A stretch of DNA of 32,000 nucleotides from Candidatus Saccharimonadota bacterium (lineage in GTDB: Bacteria > Patescibacteriota > Gracilibacteria > UBA1369 > 2-02-FULL-48-14): assembly GCA_016699145.1 (NCBI GenBank), contig CP064962.1, positions 960,001 to 992,000 on the forward strand. The letters are read 5' to 3'. Position numbers and translations under genes: made by a program. Positions 1-9,346 of the stretch are shown here, one piece after another. The notes under the pieces were generated by a model. That model was not told the DNA's origin and made no database searches. It saw nothing but the letters and a program-made list of their open reading frames with translations. Each line of letters begins with the position of its first letter. The stretch's first letter is position 1.

Positions 1-7
1 ACCGAAT

Positions 8-1405
8 ATGACAGATCTAGCTTCCGATAAACCATCAGACGGTGAAAACCTAGACATAGCCTCAAGATGGAAACGTGAAACTCAAGGGAAGACCTATCAC
101 GTTGATGAATTAGTAAGCTTGGTGAAAGGATTTTTGGCCGATGCCCAGCCTGAAGATAGGGAAGCGTTGCAAGAATCGATCTTAGAGTGGTTATGCGAGG
201 AGTTCCATTTTTATATAGACCTATTGAGAAGCACGGCAAAGAAGTTTGATTTAGATCGGCTCTACTGGCAAAGGCTGAGTCTTGAGGAAATGGATGCTCT
301 GAGTGCAGCAATTCAAGCAGAGCTTCAAACAGAGTTCGAAGCAAGAGGAAAGCAGGGTGTGGATCTACAGGCGCAGTCCGCAATGTATTTTTACAAGATT
401 TCTCGCACCCTTGGTAGTTTCACAGAAGCCATAGCAGCGTTACAAGAGTCTAGAAAACAGAACATTGCAGATGGCTTAGCTCAATTGCTGCATGACTTCA
501 ATGGAGTAAACACCTACCCCTTGCTCTACCTGCACGAGGCCTCTAGCAACAGAGCATTTGCAGAGGATCATCCAGAAAATCTAGACATGAAAGTAGAAGC
601 TGAAATGAGTTATGGATATGCCCATTTTGCGGGGCATGCATTCCAGCATTTGATAGCTTGTCACCAATTGCTGCTGAGACGCCTGATGGCAAAACATCAA
701 CTGTTGTTAGAAGAAATGGATATTAGCGCATTCATGGAAGTGACGGCCAACGCCCAGGCCTTTCGTTTCAATAATATGGAAGCTCCTCTTACCCATATTT
801 CCATTGAAGTGGAAAAAGAAGAGGGGGTGAACTCCATTTTGAAAGCTTCACCCGATGCACTTCACCTAATTTTCTTAAATGTATTCAAGAACGCAGCTAA
901 AATCATACAAGAGCGAAAAATAGCGAAAGAAAAGCAAACCATTCACTTGCGATTCTTTGAACGAGAAGGGGTCTTATTTCTACATTACAATGATCACATT
1001 GGAGGCTTGGATTTGACGGCTCTTTTTCACTCCGCAGTTGAGAAAACCATTCATTGGACTCACAACCGTGCGGGCGAGCAACTCCCTGCCCCTCTTCGAG
1101 TCATTCAAGGTGGAGCTTTTAACGCTGCCGACATGTTTACGATGAGAGACTTGTGTGAACTTATTTTCTTAGAAAGAGTCCGTGCACGTCGAGGAGGATC
1201 AGGATTGGGAATGAAAGAAACATACGAACTCTTGGCTGAAAATGGCATGATGCTCAGTACCGCTCTCAACAGAGAAGAAGGGACCCAATTTCTTTTTGCT
1301 TTCCCAAAATCACCCACAGAGCTTGGGGTGTTGAAAGACCTGATGAGACGAGTAGAAGCTGAATTGGATCAAAAAGAGACGGTTAAACTTGGCCTAGCTG
1401 CCTAA
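8..1405 (+). CDS. Cytoplasmic histidine-kinase-like protein (H-box region plus HATPase_c-like C-terminus)
   Basis: Complete 465-aa ORF. H-box-like LLHDFNGV, N-box-like NVFKNAAKI and G-box-like GGSGLGM near the C-terminus. No hydrophobic TM segment. The N-terminal ~150 aa are unassigned. Confidence 0.55.
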   Translation: MTDLASDKPSDGENLDIASRWKRETQGKTYHVDELVSLVKGFLADAQPEDREALQESILEWLCEEFHFYIDLLRSTAKKFDLDRLYWQRLSLEEMDALSAAIQAELQTEFEARGKQGVDLQAQSAMYFYKISRTLGSFTEAIAALQESRKQNIADGLAQLLHDFNGVNTYPLLYLHEASSNRAFAEDHPENLDMKVEAEMSYGYAHFAGHAFQHLIACHQLLLRRLMAKHQLLLEEMDISAFMEVTANAQAFRFNNMEAPLTHISIEVEKEEGVNSILKASPDALHLIFLNVFKNAAKIIQERKIAKEKQTIHLRFFEREGVLFLHYNDHIGGLDLTALFHSAVEKTIHWTHNRAGEQLPAPLRVIQGGAFNAADMFTMRDLCELIFLERVRARRGGSGLGMKETYELLAENGMMLSTALNREEGTQFLFAFPKSPTELGVLKDLMRRVEAELDQKETVKLGLAA

Positions 1406-1447
1406 CTGTGTTACACTGAACCAAGTTCTACTTTTTTCTCGAACTCT

Positions 1448-2689
1448 TTGGACCCCGATCTTGCGCTCGTTCTAATCCTTCTGGTTTTCTCTGCCCTCAC
1501 ATCGGCGTGTGAGACGGCTCTGCTTTCGCTCACCCCCGCTCAGGTTCGAACTTTGGTAGAAAACCAGGTCAAAGGTGCGGGCTATTTGGCCAAACTCAAG
1601 CAAGCCCACCACAAAACGCTGATCACAATTCTGCTGCTCAATAACTTTTTGAATGTAGCGGTGTCGGCCATCACCACCGTAGTGATGACGCGTCTTTTTG
1701 ATGATGCCGGAATTGGGATTGCCATGGGAGTGCTCACTGCCGTGCTCCTTATTTTTGGAGAAATTTTGCCTAAATCCCTCGCCACCACTTACGCCAAGAC
1801 CATCGGTCCCGCCTTTGCACCTCCACTCTACGTCATTGGCATACTCCTCACGCCATTCATTGTTGTTTTAGATTTTTTGGTGAACACCATGCTCAAGCTA
1901 TTTGGTGCCCAACACCACATTCAAGTGACGGATGAAGAACTCATCGCCATGGCATCCATTGGCGCGGAGGAAGGCAGCATTGATCACCAAGAACTTGAAC
2001 TCATCGAAAACGTGCTTGAATTCAACGACATCCGTGCCGAAGAAATCATGACCCCCCGTGTGCACATCGATGCACTGCCCGAAACCCATCATCTCGACGA
2101 TGCCACCGAATTCGTGGTCGCCCACACCCACACTCGCATTCCTATTTACCGCGACAACATCGATCATATTGTGGGCATTCTTTCCATCAAAACCTTGCTC
2201 AAATCCTACCACGAAGAAGAAGAACCCGAGTCCGTCAGCTTGCGTCAAATAGACCTTATGACACCGCTCAAATTGCCCGAGAGCATCCACGTAAAAGACC
2301 TCTTTCATCAATTCAAAAAGAAGCGCCAACACATGGCCATTTTGCTGGATGAATTTGGCGGCACAGCAGGGCTCATCACCATGGAAGATCTTTTGGAAGA
2401 ACTGGTGGGGGACATCGAAGACGAACAAGATTTAGACGAAGAAAACATCAAAAAAATCGCCCCCGACGAATACGAACTTTCGGGCCGCACCGAACTCGAC
2501 GACATCATGGAGCTCACCGAACTCGAATTCAAACACCCCGAATATAAAACCGTCAGCTTCCTCATCATGGACACACTCGGCTACCTCCCTCGCGAAGGTC
2601 AAAGCATCACGGTGGGCAACTGGCAATTCACCGTCAAACAAATGCTCCGCAGCACCATCCTCAAGGTGACCTTGAAGAAGTTGAGTTAA
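1448..2689 (+). CDS. CNNM / CorC-HlyC family transporter (DUF21 membrane domain, CBS pair, CorC_HlyC C-terminal domain)
   Basis: 413-aa ORF with a TTG start. Hydrophobic N-terminal third, then a CBS-like region (IMTPRVHI..., IPIYRDNIDHIVGIL) and ITMEDLLEELVGDIEDE, which is typical of this family. Confidence 0.85.
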   Translation: MDPDLALVLILLVFSALTSACETALLSLTPAQVRTLVENQVKGAGYLAKLKQAHHKTLITILLLNNFLNVAVSAITTVVMTRLFDDAGIGIAMGVLTAVLLIFGEILPKSLATTYAKTIGPAFAPPLYVIGILLTPFIVVLDFLVNTMLKLFGAQHHIQVTDEELIAMASIGAEEGSIDHQELELIENVLEFNDIRAEEIMTPRVHIDALPETHHLDDATEFVVAHTHTRIPIYRDNIDHIVGILSIKTLLKSYHEEEEPESVSLRQIDLMTPLKLPESIHVKDLFHQFKKKRQHMAILLDEFGGTAGLITMEDLLEELVGDIEDEQDLDEENIKKIAPDEYELSGRTELDDIMELTELEFKHPEYKTVSFLIMDTLGYLPREGQSITVGNWQFTVKQMLRSTILKVTLKKLS

Positions 2690-2691
2690 GC

Positions 2692-3765
2692 CTACCGCTG
2701 TACTGTTAAAGGCGTCCCAATTTCTGTGAACTCGTACATCTTCACGGCATCGTCAGGCAAGGTGCGAATGCATCCGTGACTCACCGGAATTCCAATGTGA
2801 TTCCACGCTTCGGACCAAAAGGTTCCCCCATCATTGGCCAAGTAAGGCAGGGCATGGATTCCATAACCGCGCCAATCCCACAGTTGAAAATAAGGCATGC
2901 GATAGTGAGGCCATTTAGCCCCAATGCGCAGTTCTTGCTTGGTCAAAATTTCATAATTGCCGGTGGGGGTGGGCGTGTCCCAAGCCCCGGAAGAAATTTG
3001 CATGCTCCACACGGTTTTTTCTCCAAAGCGAGCACGCATCATTTGGTCGGAAAGGTCGATGAGCAAGTTGCGTTCCAAACCTTCCAATTCAGAAACCGCC
3101 AAAGATTCATCCACCACAAAGTTGAGATTGGCCTTCATGCTTTCAGTCGGGGTTCCCACGGGAATGTCCACGGCAAAAATTTCTCCAATCCAAGCCTGAC
3201 CTTCCACGACGGGTTGAAAAAATTCACGATAAATATCGTCCTTGGCGGGAGCAATGCTTTCAAAACGCACATGAAAACTTTGCCCGGGATCGGCATAGGG
3301 GTCGTCCATGGCAATGCGAGTGCCACTGGTCCAGCCGGCCAAAGCCGATTCAGGTGCTGAAAACAAGCTGATGCGATCTTGTTGCTTTTGGGTGCCCACA
3401 CTGAGCATAGGCACGTTGACGCAGCCGCTGTTCCAAGAGAAAAGACGAGTGTCTCCGGTGTTTTTAAATATCATGTCCACGGCCAGCACGCCACCTTGAG
3501 GCACATCTTGGCTCACCGAAAGCGATTCAAGTTCCACATTGTATTGAGGGAGTTCAGGAGTTTGATAGTCACAATAAGTCCATTCCCCTGTTTTTTCAGG
3601 AGCATCTTTCATTTCCATCTCAAGCCCCGTGCTCACTTCCTCGGTCTCTCCTCCACGAAAAATAGAGGCACTCAACGTGGCGTGATTCATCAGCCCGATG
3701 CTGAGCGTCCCTATAAAGAAAGCGGAGGAAAAGAGGACGGTCAGAATAGGACGTTGGAGTTTCAT
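2692..3765 (-). CDS. L,D-transpeptidase (YkuD catalytic domain) with N-terminal membrane anchor and an unassigned ~230-aa domain
   Basis: 357-aa ORF. N-terminal hydrophobic anchor (ILTVLFSSAFFIGTLSIGL). C-terminal YGIHALP...IGIPVSHGCIRT matches the YkuD His/Cys active-site motif. Confidence 0.8.
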   Translation of the reverse strand: MKLQRPILTVLFSSAFFIGTLSIGLMNHATLSASIFRGGETEEVSTGLEMEMKDAPEKTGEWTYCDYQTPELPQYNVELESLSVSQDVPQGGVLAVDMIFKNTGDTRLFSWNSGCVNVPMLSVGTQKQQDRISLFSAPESALAGWTSGTRIAMDDPYADPGQSFHVRFESIAPAKDDIYREFFQPVVEGQAWIGEIFAVDIPVGTPTESMKANLNFVVDESLAVSELEGLERNLLIDLSDQMMRARFGEKTVWSMQISSGAWDTPTPTGNYEILTKQELRIGAKWPHYRMPYFQLWDWRGYGIHALPYLANDGGTFWSEAWNHIGIPVSHGCIRTLPDDAVKMYEFTEIGTPLTVQR

Positions 3766-3791
3766 ATTTTTGTTTTTGAAGAAATCTCAGA

Positions 3792-3820
3792 ATTATAACA
3801 GAAAAAAGAAGGCATGTCAA
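3792..3820 (-). promoter_or_regulatory. Consensus sigma70-type promoter for the L,D-transpeptidase gene: TTGACA-17 nt-TATAAT with TGn extended -10
   Basis: The minus strand reads TTGACAtgccttcttttttcTGtTATAAT. 26 nt separate the -10 from the ATG at 3765. Confidence 0.55.
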
Positions 3821-3847
3821 AAGTTCTTGCTTAACCTGTACAAGAAC
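3819..3847 (-). terminator. Possible intrinsic terminator after nrdR
   Basis: On the minus strand a 7-bp stem (GTTCTTG/CAAGAAC, 11-nt loop) is followed by TTTT, starting 10 nt after the nrdR stop. The stem has only 3 GC pairs, so it is weak. Confidence 0.35.
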
Positions 3848-3856
3848 CATCCCCCT

Positions 3857-4306
3857 CTAGCGCTCCAACAGTTTTTGCAGTTCCTGCTTAAAGCTCTCCA
3901 CGTCTTTGAATTGCCTGTAAACGGAGGCAAATCGAATGTAAGAAACCTCATCAATCATTTTAAGGGCATGCATCACATCGCGCCCAATGATGTCGCCCGG
4001 CACCTCCTTTCCGCTGGCGCTCCACACCTCTTCCAGGCCATCGATCATATGCGAAATGCGCTCTTGCGTCACGGGGCGTTTTTCACACGCTCGCCACACG
4101 CCGCGCTCCACTTTATCGCGGTCATAACTTTCACGTGATCCATCCTTTTTAATCACAATAAAATTCGCCGTCTCCACTTTTTCAAAGGTGGTGAAGCGAT
4201 GTTCGCATTTTTCACATTCTCGGCGCCTTCGAATGGATCGACCCTCGTTGGCTTCACGAGAGTCCACTACAGAAGTGCTTTTGTGTTTGCATTTAGGACA
4301 AATCAT
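3857..4306 (-). CDS. nrdR: Transcriptional repressor NrdR (zinc ribbon plus ATP-cone)
   Basis: MICPKCKHKSTSVVDSREANEGRSIRRRRECEKCEHRFTTFEKVE is the canonical NrdR N-terminus. I start the gene at the ATG at 4306, not at the track ORF start 4399, whose extra 31 aa are not NrdR-like. Confidence 0.9.
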   Translation of the reverse strand: MICPKCKHKSTSVVDSREANEGRSIRRRRECEKCEHRFTTFEKVETANFIVIKKDGSRESYDRDKVERGVWRACEKRPVTQERISHMIDGLEEVWSASGKEVPGDIIGRDVMHALKMIDEVSYIRFASVYRQFKDVESFKQELQKLLER

Positions 4307-4322
4307 CAGCTTAAATAGTGTC

Positions 4323-5540
4323 ATGTTCATGGGTTTCACACAAGAGGAGCTGATCCAAATCGCCATCATGGTCGGCCTCGCCGCCCTGCCTGCGCTCATT
4401 TGGTCTTACGTGATCTTCAAAGGCCGCCGCACCTCTCGCGGGCCGCTACTCCTGGCCTTCTTTTTGGGCACGCTCACCGTGGTGCCACTCATTTTGCTTT
4501 ACGACTACCTTTGGGTTTGGTTCCCCGACCTGGACGTTTACCGCGTGATTTCCGAAAACATCGGCGAAGCCCACATCGCGGCGCTAATAACCCTGCTGGT
4601 GGTGGGCATTTTAGAGGAATGGGTGAAAAGCGGAGTCGTTCGCACCATCGATAAAACCAAAATCGGCATTCAAACCATCAATGATGCGGTCAAATATTCC
4701 ATTTTAGCGGGACTCGGCTTTGCTTTCACCGAAAACATCTTTTACTTTTATGGCATCTGGCAAGCCTCCGGCAATGTCGGAGAATTTTTATTTCCCGTGA
4801 TTTTCCGTTCCATTTTCACCGTCTGTGGACACATGGTTTTTTCAGGAATTTTCGGCTATTTCTACGGCATCGCTAAATTTGCTAAACCCATTTTAGAGAC
4901 AAATCTTTATCTGGGTGAAAAAAATCGCAGCATTTACATCCTTTCTAAAATTCTGGGCACCGACGAGGCATCTGCTTTCAAACAATGGACTCAACTCAAG
5001 GGTCTGCTCATCGCCATGGCGATTCATACCGCCTTTAATTTTGCCCTCGAATTCAGCCAGTTCTTGCCCGTAATCCTCATCGTGGGACTCGGCTTCGCCT
5101 ACTTGCTTTACCTGCTGGCGCATAAGGCCGGGAACATTGTTTTTTCAGCCAGCGGCAGCAGTGCCAGCATGGCCAAGCGCGATGTGGATGTGGTTTTAGA
5201 ACTGCTCGGTATGTGGTCTCGCGAAGGCCGCCACAAAGACGTGGTCGACATCTGCCAACGCCTCCTCATGCGCGACCCAGACAACAAAGTGGTGCAACTC
5301 TTCCAAGCCAAGGCCATGGACAAGCAAAAGTTAGACAATTTGGAAAACTCCTTTTCTTCGCTCTTCAAAACTCAAGACGCCCAAATGGAAGACACCAGCA
5401 TGCGTGCCCTCATCAAGCAAAAAGTGCTCATTGAAATGCTCAAAGAAAAACAGGCCCCTCAAAGCACCCCTGCCGTGACTCCTCTTCCACCGCCCCCTTC
5501 AAACGGACCCAAAATTCCCACCATTCCTAAGCCTCGCTAG
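4323..5540 (+). CDS. PrsW-family intramembrane protease-like membrane protein with a long soluble C-terminal tail
   Basis: Multi-TM protein with an EEWVKS (E-E-x-x-K) motif, FTEN and HTAFNF (H-x-x-x-N), as in PrsW/CAAX-like proteases. Helical C-terminal region and Pro-rich end. The start at ATG 4323 is chosen because the upstream part of the track ORF is antisense to nrdR. Confidence 0.65.
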   Translation: MFMGFTQEELIQIAIMVGLAALPALIWSYVIFKGRRTSRGPLLLAFFLGTLTVVPLILLYDYLWVWFPDLDVYRVISENIGEAHIAALITLLVVGILEEWVKSGVVRTIDKTKIGIQTINDAVKYSILAGLGFAFTENIFYFYGIWQASGNVGEFLFPVIFRSIFTVCGHMVFSGIFGYFYGIAKFAKPILETNLYLGEKNRSIYILSKILGTDEASAFKQWTQLKGLLIAMAIHTAFNFALEFSQFLPVILIVGLGFAYLLYLLAHKAGNIVFSASGSSASMAKRDVDVVLELLGMWSREGRHKDVVDICQRLLMRDPDNKVVQLFQAKAMDKQKLDNLENSFSSLFKTQDAQMEDTSMRALIKQKVLIEMLKEKQAPQSTPAVTPLPPPPSNGPKIPTIPKPR

Positions 5541-6624
5541 CAAAACCGTCCGTCATGCCCGCAATGTAATCCCTAAGCTCTTCTGGAGGCTTCCCTTCCG
5601 CAATGCCTTTTTTAAACAAGGTACGAATCGTTTCTTGTCCTTTTTTAGAGAGTTCCAAAACCGTGGGATGGAAGTAGAGTCGCGTCATCAAAAAGTTCTT
5701 GAGTTCCACATTGGCCTGACTCATTTTTTCCGAAAAACACAGCAGCGGCAGAGGGCATGCATAAACATCTTTTAAGGTTTGAATCGACTGCGTCGCCAAG
5801 CGCCGCGAAGTTTCTTCCGCAAGGTCTGCAATCATCAGACTGATCATTTTACTCACCGTGCGAGACCAGCGGATTTTTTCATCTGCAATCGAGCCATATT
5901 CTTTCAAAACACGGTCTTGTGCCTCCTTCCACAGCACCAAGTCTTGCAAATCTTTTTCTTCAAAAAGGCCACTGCGCAGCCCATCATCCACATCATGATT
6001 TTGATAGGCAATTTCATCTCCAAAATTCACAATTTGTGCCTCGAGCGAAGGTCTCACCCAGTTCATATCTCCAGCCTGCTCTACAGCCGAGGCCGGATGA
6101 TCCCAAGAAGTTTCGTGTTTCATGAGCCCTTCAATCACTTCGCGACTCAGGTTGAGTCCGCGCCAATGAGGGTAAGAGTCCTCCAGTTCTTCTACAATGC
6201 GCCGGCTTTGACGATTGTGCTCGAACTCCAGTCCGTAAGGCCGCAGGCATTCATCCAAAGCCTGTTCACCGGCGTGTCCAAACGGGGTGTGCCCAAGGTC
6301 GTGCGCCAGGGAAACGGCCTCTGCCAAATCTTCATTCAGTCCCAACATGCGTGCCAAATCTCGCGACACCTGAGCCACTTCCAAACTATGCGAAAGCCGC
6401 GTGCGATAATGGTCGCCATAGTGCGCCACAAACACTTGAGTTTTGCCCTTCAAACGACGGAAAGCCTTACAATGAATAATGCGATCTCTGTCTTTTTGAA
6501 AAGGCAATCGCTGAACATCTTCAGGTTCAGGATGAGCCCGCCCGCGCGATTCTTTACTCAAAACCGCATACGGTTTCAACACGCGGGCTTCGTTTTGGGC
6601 CAAGTCTTGAGCAGAAAGAATCAT
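5527..6624 (-). CDS. dgt: dGTP triphosphohydrolase-like HD-domain protein
   Basis: 365-aa ORF with RTRLSHSLEVAQV...AHDLGHTPFGHAGE (HD domain) and the dGTPase-type N-terminus (SRGRAHPEPED..R.PFQKDRDRIIH). Confidence 0.85.
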   Translation of the reverse strand: MILSAQDLAQNEARVLKPYAVLSKESRGRAHPEPEDVQRLPFQKDRDRIIHCKAFRRLKGKTQVFVAHYGDHYRTRLSHSLEVAQVSRDLARMLGLNEDLAEAVSLAHDLGHTPFGHAGEQALDECLRPYGLEFEHNRQSRRIVEELEDSYPHWRGLNLSREVIEGLMKHETSWDHPASAVEQAGDMNWVRPSLEAQIVNFGDEIAYQNHDVDDGLRSGLFEEKDLQDLVLWKEAQDRVLKEYGSIADEKIRWSRTVSKMISLMIADLAEETSRRLATQSIQTLKDVYACPLPLLCFSEKMSQANVELKNFLMTRLYFHPTVLELSKKGQETIRTLFKKGIAEGKPPEELRDYIAGMTDGFASEA

Positions 6625-6665
6625 AGCCTCATTTTAGAGGCTATCTCAAAAAAAAGGGAGAGCAC

Positions 6666-7628
6666 TCATCGATGAAATTTCCGATGCACCTCCTTCAGCC
6701 GCTCATTGGTGGAGTGCGTATAAATTTGCGTGGTGGTAATAGAAGCGTGCCCCAGCATTTCTTGCACGCTGCGAATATCCGCTCCATTGTGCAAAAGTTC
6801 CGTCGCAAAAGAGTGGCGCAAAAGGTGGGGAGTCACTCGTTTTCCAATGCCAGCTAAGCGTCCGGTTCGCCGCGCCATATCTTGCACGCTGCAGGCCGTG
6901 AGCCGTCTTTTTTCGCCCAGGCCCAATTCTTGATCCTCCCGATTTCTCCCAAAACTGATGAACAAAGGTTCCCAATTGTCTGAACGTTTGGACAAATAAG
7001 TCTTGAGGTATTCCACGCAGCGCTCCGACAAAAACACCAGTCGAGCCTTTCGCCCTTTTCCACGCACCGTGAATTCCATCCGCTGCAAATCCACCTGGGA
7101 GCGGTTCAAGCTCACCAATTCTGAAACGCGCAAACCTGTCGAATACAAAGTCTCGAGCATGGCCCTGTCGCGCAATACGGCCAAATCTTGCAATTGTCCG
7201 CGCCGCCCGTCGGCGCTTTCTCGCCCCACTCCCACCGCGGCAAAAAGCCGCTCCACTTCATCACGCGTCAAAAAATCCACCACCCGCTCAGGAATCCTTT
7301 TGAGGTCTATTTTTTCAGGAGCCAAAGTCGGAATGTCTTGCTTCACCAAATACTTTAAAAAAGCGCGCAGCGCAATCAAGTGATAATCCTGAGTTTTGAC
7401 CGACAAACTCCGCCCCCGTGCATCCTCAAAACGGTTTAAAAAAACTTGATAATGCCTTACATCATCCAAACGCAAATCCGCTGGAAAACGCCCTGCATCT
7501 TCGCCAGAAAAATCCACAAAACGCTGCAAATAATGATGATAATTTTCAATGGTTTTTTTGGACTTATTTTCGGCCACTTCCAAATGTTCCAAAAAACGAG
7601 CGATCAATCTTTGCAATTCACTGTTCAT
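6666..7628 (-). CDS. Tyrosine recombinase, XerC/XerD family
   Basis: 320-aa ORF with an N-terminal SAM-like domain (TIENYHHYLQRF), ...LYSTGLRVSELVSL..., and C-terminal HLLRHSFATELLHNGADIRSVQEMLGHASITTTQIYTH (the R-H-R-Y catalytic set). Confidence 0.85.
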   Translation of the reverse strand: MNSELQRLIARFLEHLEVAENKSKKTIENYHHYLQRFVDFSGEDAGRFPADLRLDDVRHYQVFLNRFEDARGRSLSVKTQDYHLIALRAFLKYLVKQDIPTLAPEKIDLKRIPERVVDFLTRDEVERLFAAVGVGRESADGRRGQLQDLAVLRDRAMLETLYSTGLRVSELVSLNRSQVDLQRMEFTVRGKGRKARLVFLSERCVEYLKTYLSKRSDNWEPLFISFGRNREDQELGLGEKRRLTACSVQDMARRTGRLAGIGKRVTPHLLRHSFATELLHNGADIRSVQEMLGHASITTTQIYTHSTNERLKEVHRKFHR

Positions 7629-9292
7629 TGCAGCAGTTCATAAAGCACCTGGGCCGCTTCACGGCGGGTCACCATTTGCGTGGGATAAAAATAAGGCCCT
7701 TCCACAAAACCGTGGGTGTGAGCATAATAAGCCCCTTCTTCGTACCACACCTCAGCCTTAACATCGGAATACACTGCTTCTGTTTCGGAGGATTTAAAAG
7801 TCGTATCCAAGCGTTTAAGCATCGTGAAGAATTCAGCCCGGGTCACAAAATCCCCTCCGCCAAATGTGCCGTTATCGTGCCCTTTCACCATGCCGATCTC
7901 CACCGCTTTTGCCAAATATTTTTTGTACCACGCCGTGCTGCTGACATCGCTAAAAGAAACTGAAGCACTGGAAGTGCCATAGTCAAAAGCGCGCAAAAGC
8001 ACCTTCACCATGGCGGCGCGGTTCAAAGCAGAGTCCGCTCGAAGAAAGCCATCACTGCCCAAAAAAACTTTTTCTGCCTTCAAAAATTCAAAAACTTCAA
8101 AATCAGGATCCGTGGGACTCAAATCCAAAAACAATTGAGAAGCCAATACCGAGTCCACTCTTCGCCCCAAGGAATCCAGTGAGAAATCGATTTCAATATG
8201 ATCCACCACGCCAATCATCCCTTCGCTGAGCGAATCCGAAGGGTAGTCGCCCATGTGCAGCGCCCGCCCAGACCGCGCCTGAGAAACCGAGCAGTAAACC
8301 TCTGCCGCGTCATTGAGGCTCAGGCCAAAGCCTCCCACGCCATAGCGCAAAGTCACATGATTCCACTCATAAGGGTAAAGGGCTTGGGTAGTTCCCACAC
8401 TGTACCACCCTGCGGTTTGAACACAGTCGGCGTCATAATAGGGTGCATAAAGACCGGCGAGCAACTTGCCTTCTTTGGTGATGTAGAGGTAAAGATCGCC
8501 GTCCGTGGCACTCAAAAGGCCACTGGAATCCAGCACGGTGCCCACGGCTGCGGCAGGGTCGCTCACATAAATGTCTAGGCTCAAACTCCCATTCAAAGGC
8601 AGCTCATAAGTCTCGTTCAAATTTCGACTGCTACCTTCCGTTTGAGCTGAAAAAAAAGGATTTTCCGGCGGAAACAAAAGCCCCAAACTCACTTTTTGCA
8701 AGTCCGCTGCATTCGAAAGTAGGGCAAAAATTTCATCCTGTTCCAAACTGGAAAACCCCCGCAAAGTGTCTTCATGAATGCTGCCATCACTCAAATACAA
8801 ACTGGCTTGGATCAGCACATTGCCATTTTTTTCCAACCAATGAAAAGAAGAGGAATCCGCGCTCACACTCTGCAAAAGATCCACGGCGCTTCCACCTTCC
8901 GCCTTCGTATAGAAAATCGCATGAGAATTCGAAGTCAAAAGACTCAAATCCTCTTCATTGAAACGAGAACTGGATTGATGTTTTTCAAAAGCCACATCGG
9001 CAGCCTCTTGGTCGGCATAAGCCAGCACTCGCAGTTGAACTTCAGGCAAACCGCTGCTCAGCCAAGGGTCGTTCAAAAGCAAGGCTTGGTAATGGGAGGC
9101 AGTTCCTCCAAAAACACTGATTTCATCGCGATAATAAAAACCGCTGAAACCGCTCAACGTTTCTAAACTGGCTCCGTCGGGGTGCATCAATTGGGATGCA
9201 TTTTGCAAATCCACCGCAGTCACGTCCACAGCGGCCTGGGCCGGCAAAGTCATGAGCACAAAAGCAAAAAATAAAAAGAGGAAGCGTTTCAT
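7625..9292 (-). CDS. Secreted surface protein: N-terminal unassigned region, LamG/concanavalin-like segment, three C-terminal SLH repeats
   Basis: Signal peptide MKRFLFLFFAFVLMTLPAQA/AV, counted from the ATG at 9292 (the track starts 2 codons earlier at a TTG). Three C-terminal repeats of about 55 aa fit S-layer-homology repeats (F.D....W....I......G...G..). The stop overlaps the xer start (ATGA). Confidence 0.7.
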   Translation of the reverse strand: MKRFLFLFFAFVLMTLPAQAAVDVTAVDLQNASQLMHPDGASLETLSGFSGFYYRDEISVFGGTASHYQALLLNDPWLSSGLPEVQLRVLAYADQEAADVAFEKHQSSSRFNEEDLSLLTSNSHAIFYTKAEGGSAVDLLQSVSADSSSFHWLEKNGNVLIQASLYLSDGSIHEDTLRGFSSLEQDEIFALLSNAADLQKVSLGLLFPPENPFFSAQTEGSSRNLNETYELPLNGSLSLDIYVSDPAAAVGTVLDSSGLLSATDGDLYLYITKEGKLLAGLYAPYYDADCVQTAGWYSVGTTQALYPYEWNHVTLRYGVGGFGLSLNDAAEVYCSVSQARSGRALHMGDYPSDSLSEGMIGVVDHIEIDFSLDSLGRRVDSVLASQLFLDLSPTDPDFEVFEFLKAEKVFLGSDGFLRADSALNRAAMVKVLLRAFDYGTSSASVSFSDVSSTAWYKKYLAKAVEIGMVKGHDNGTFGGGDFVTRAEFFTMLKRLDTTFKSSETEAVYSDVKAEVWYEEGAYYAHTHGFVEGPYFYPTQMVTRREAAQVLYELLQ

Positions 9293-9346
9293 GCACAAAG
9301 AATAACGCGAATTTGGAAATCCTTAAAGGGGCGTTATACTGCTTTC

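Noticed and set aside
4307-4399. N-terminal extensions of the nrdR ORF, and likewise of recA (18957-19016), padR (18814-18879), znuA (25041-25085) and the PilB-like gene (21944-21982)
   Set aside because: In each case the conserved family N-terminus begins at an internal ATG. The extension also overlaps a promoter-like element or a neighbouring gene.
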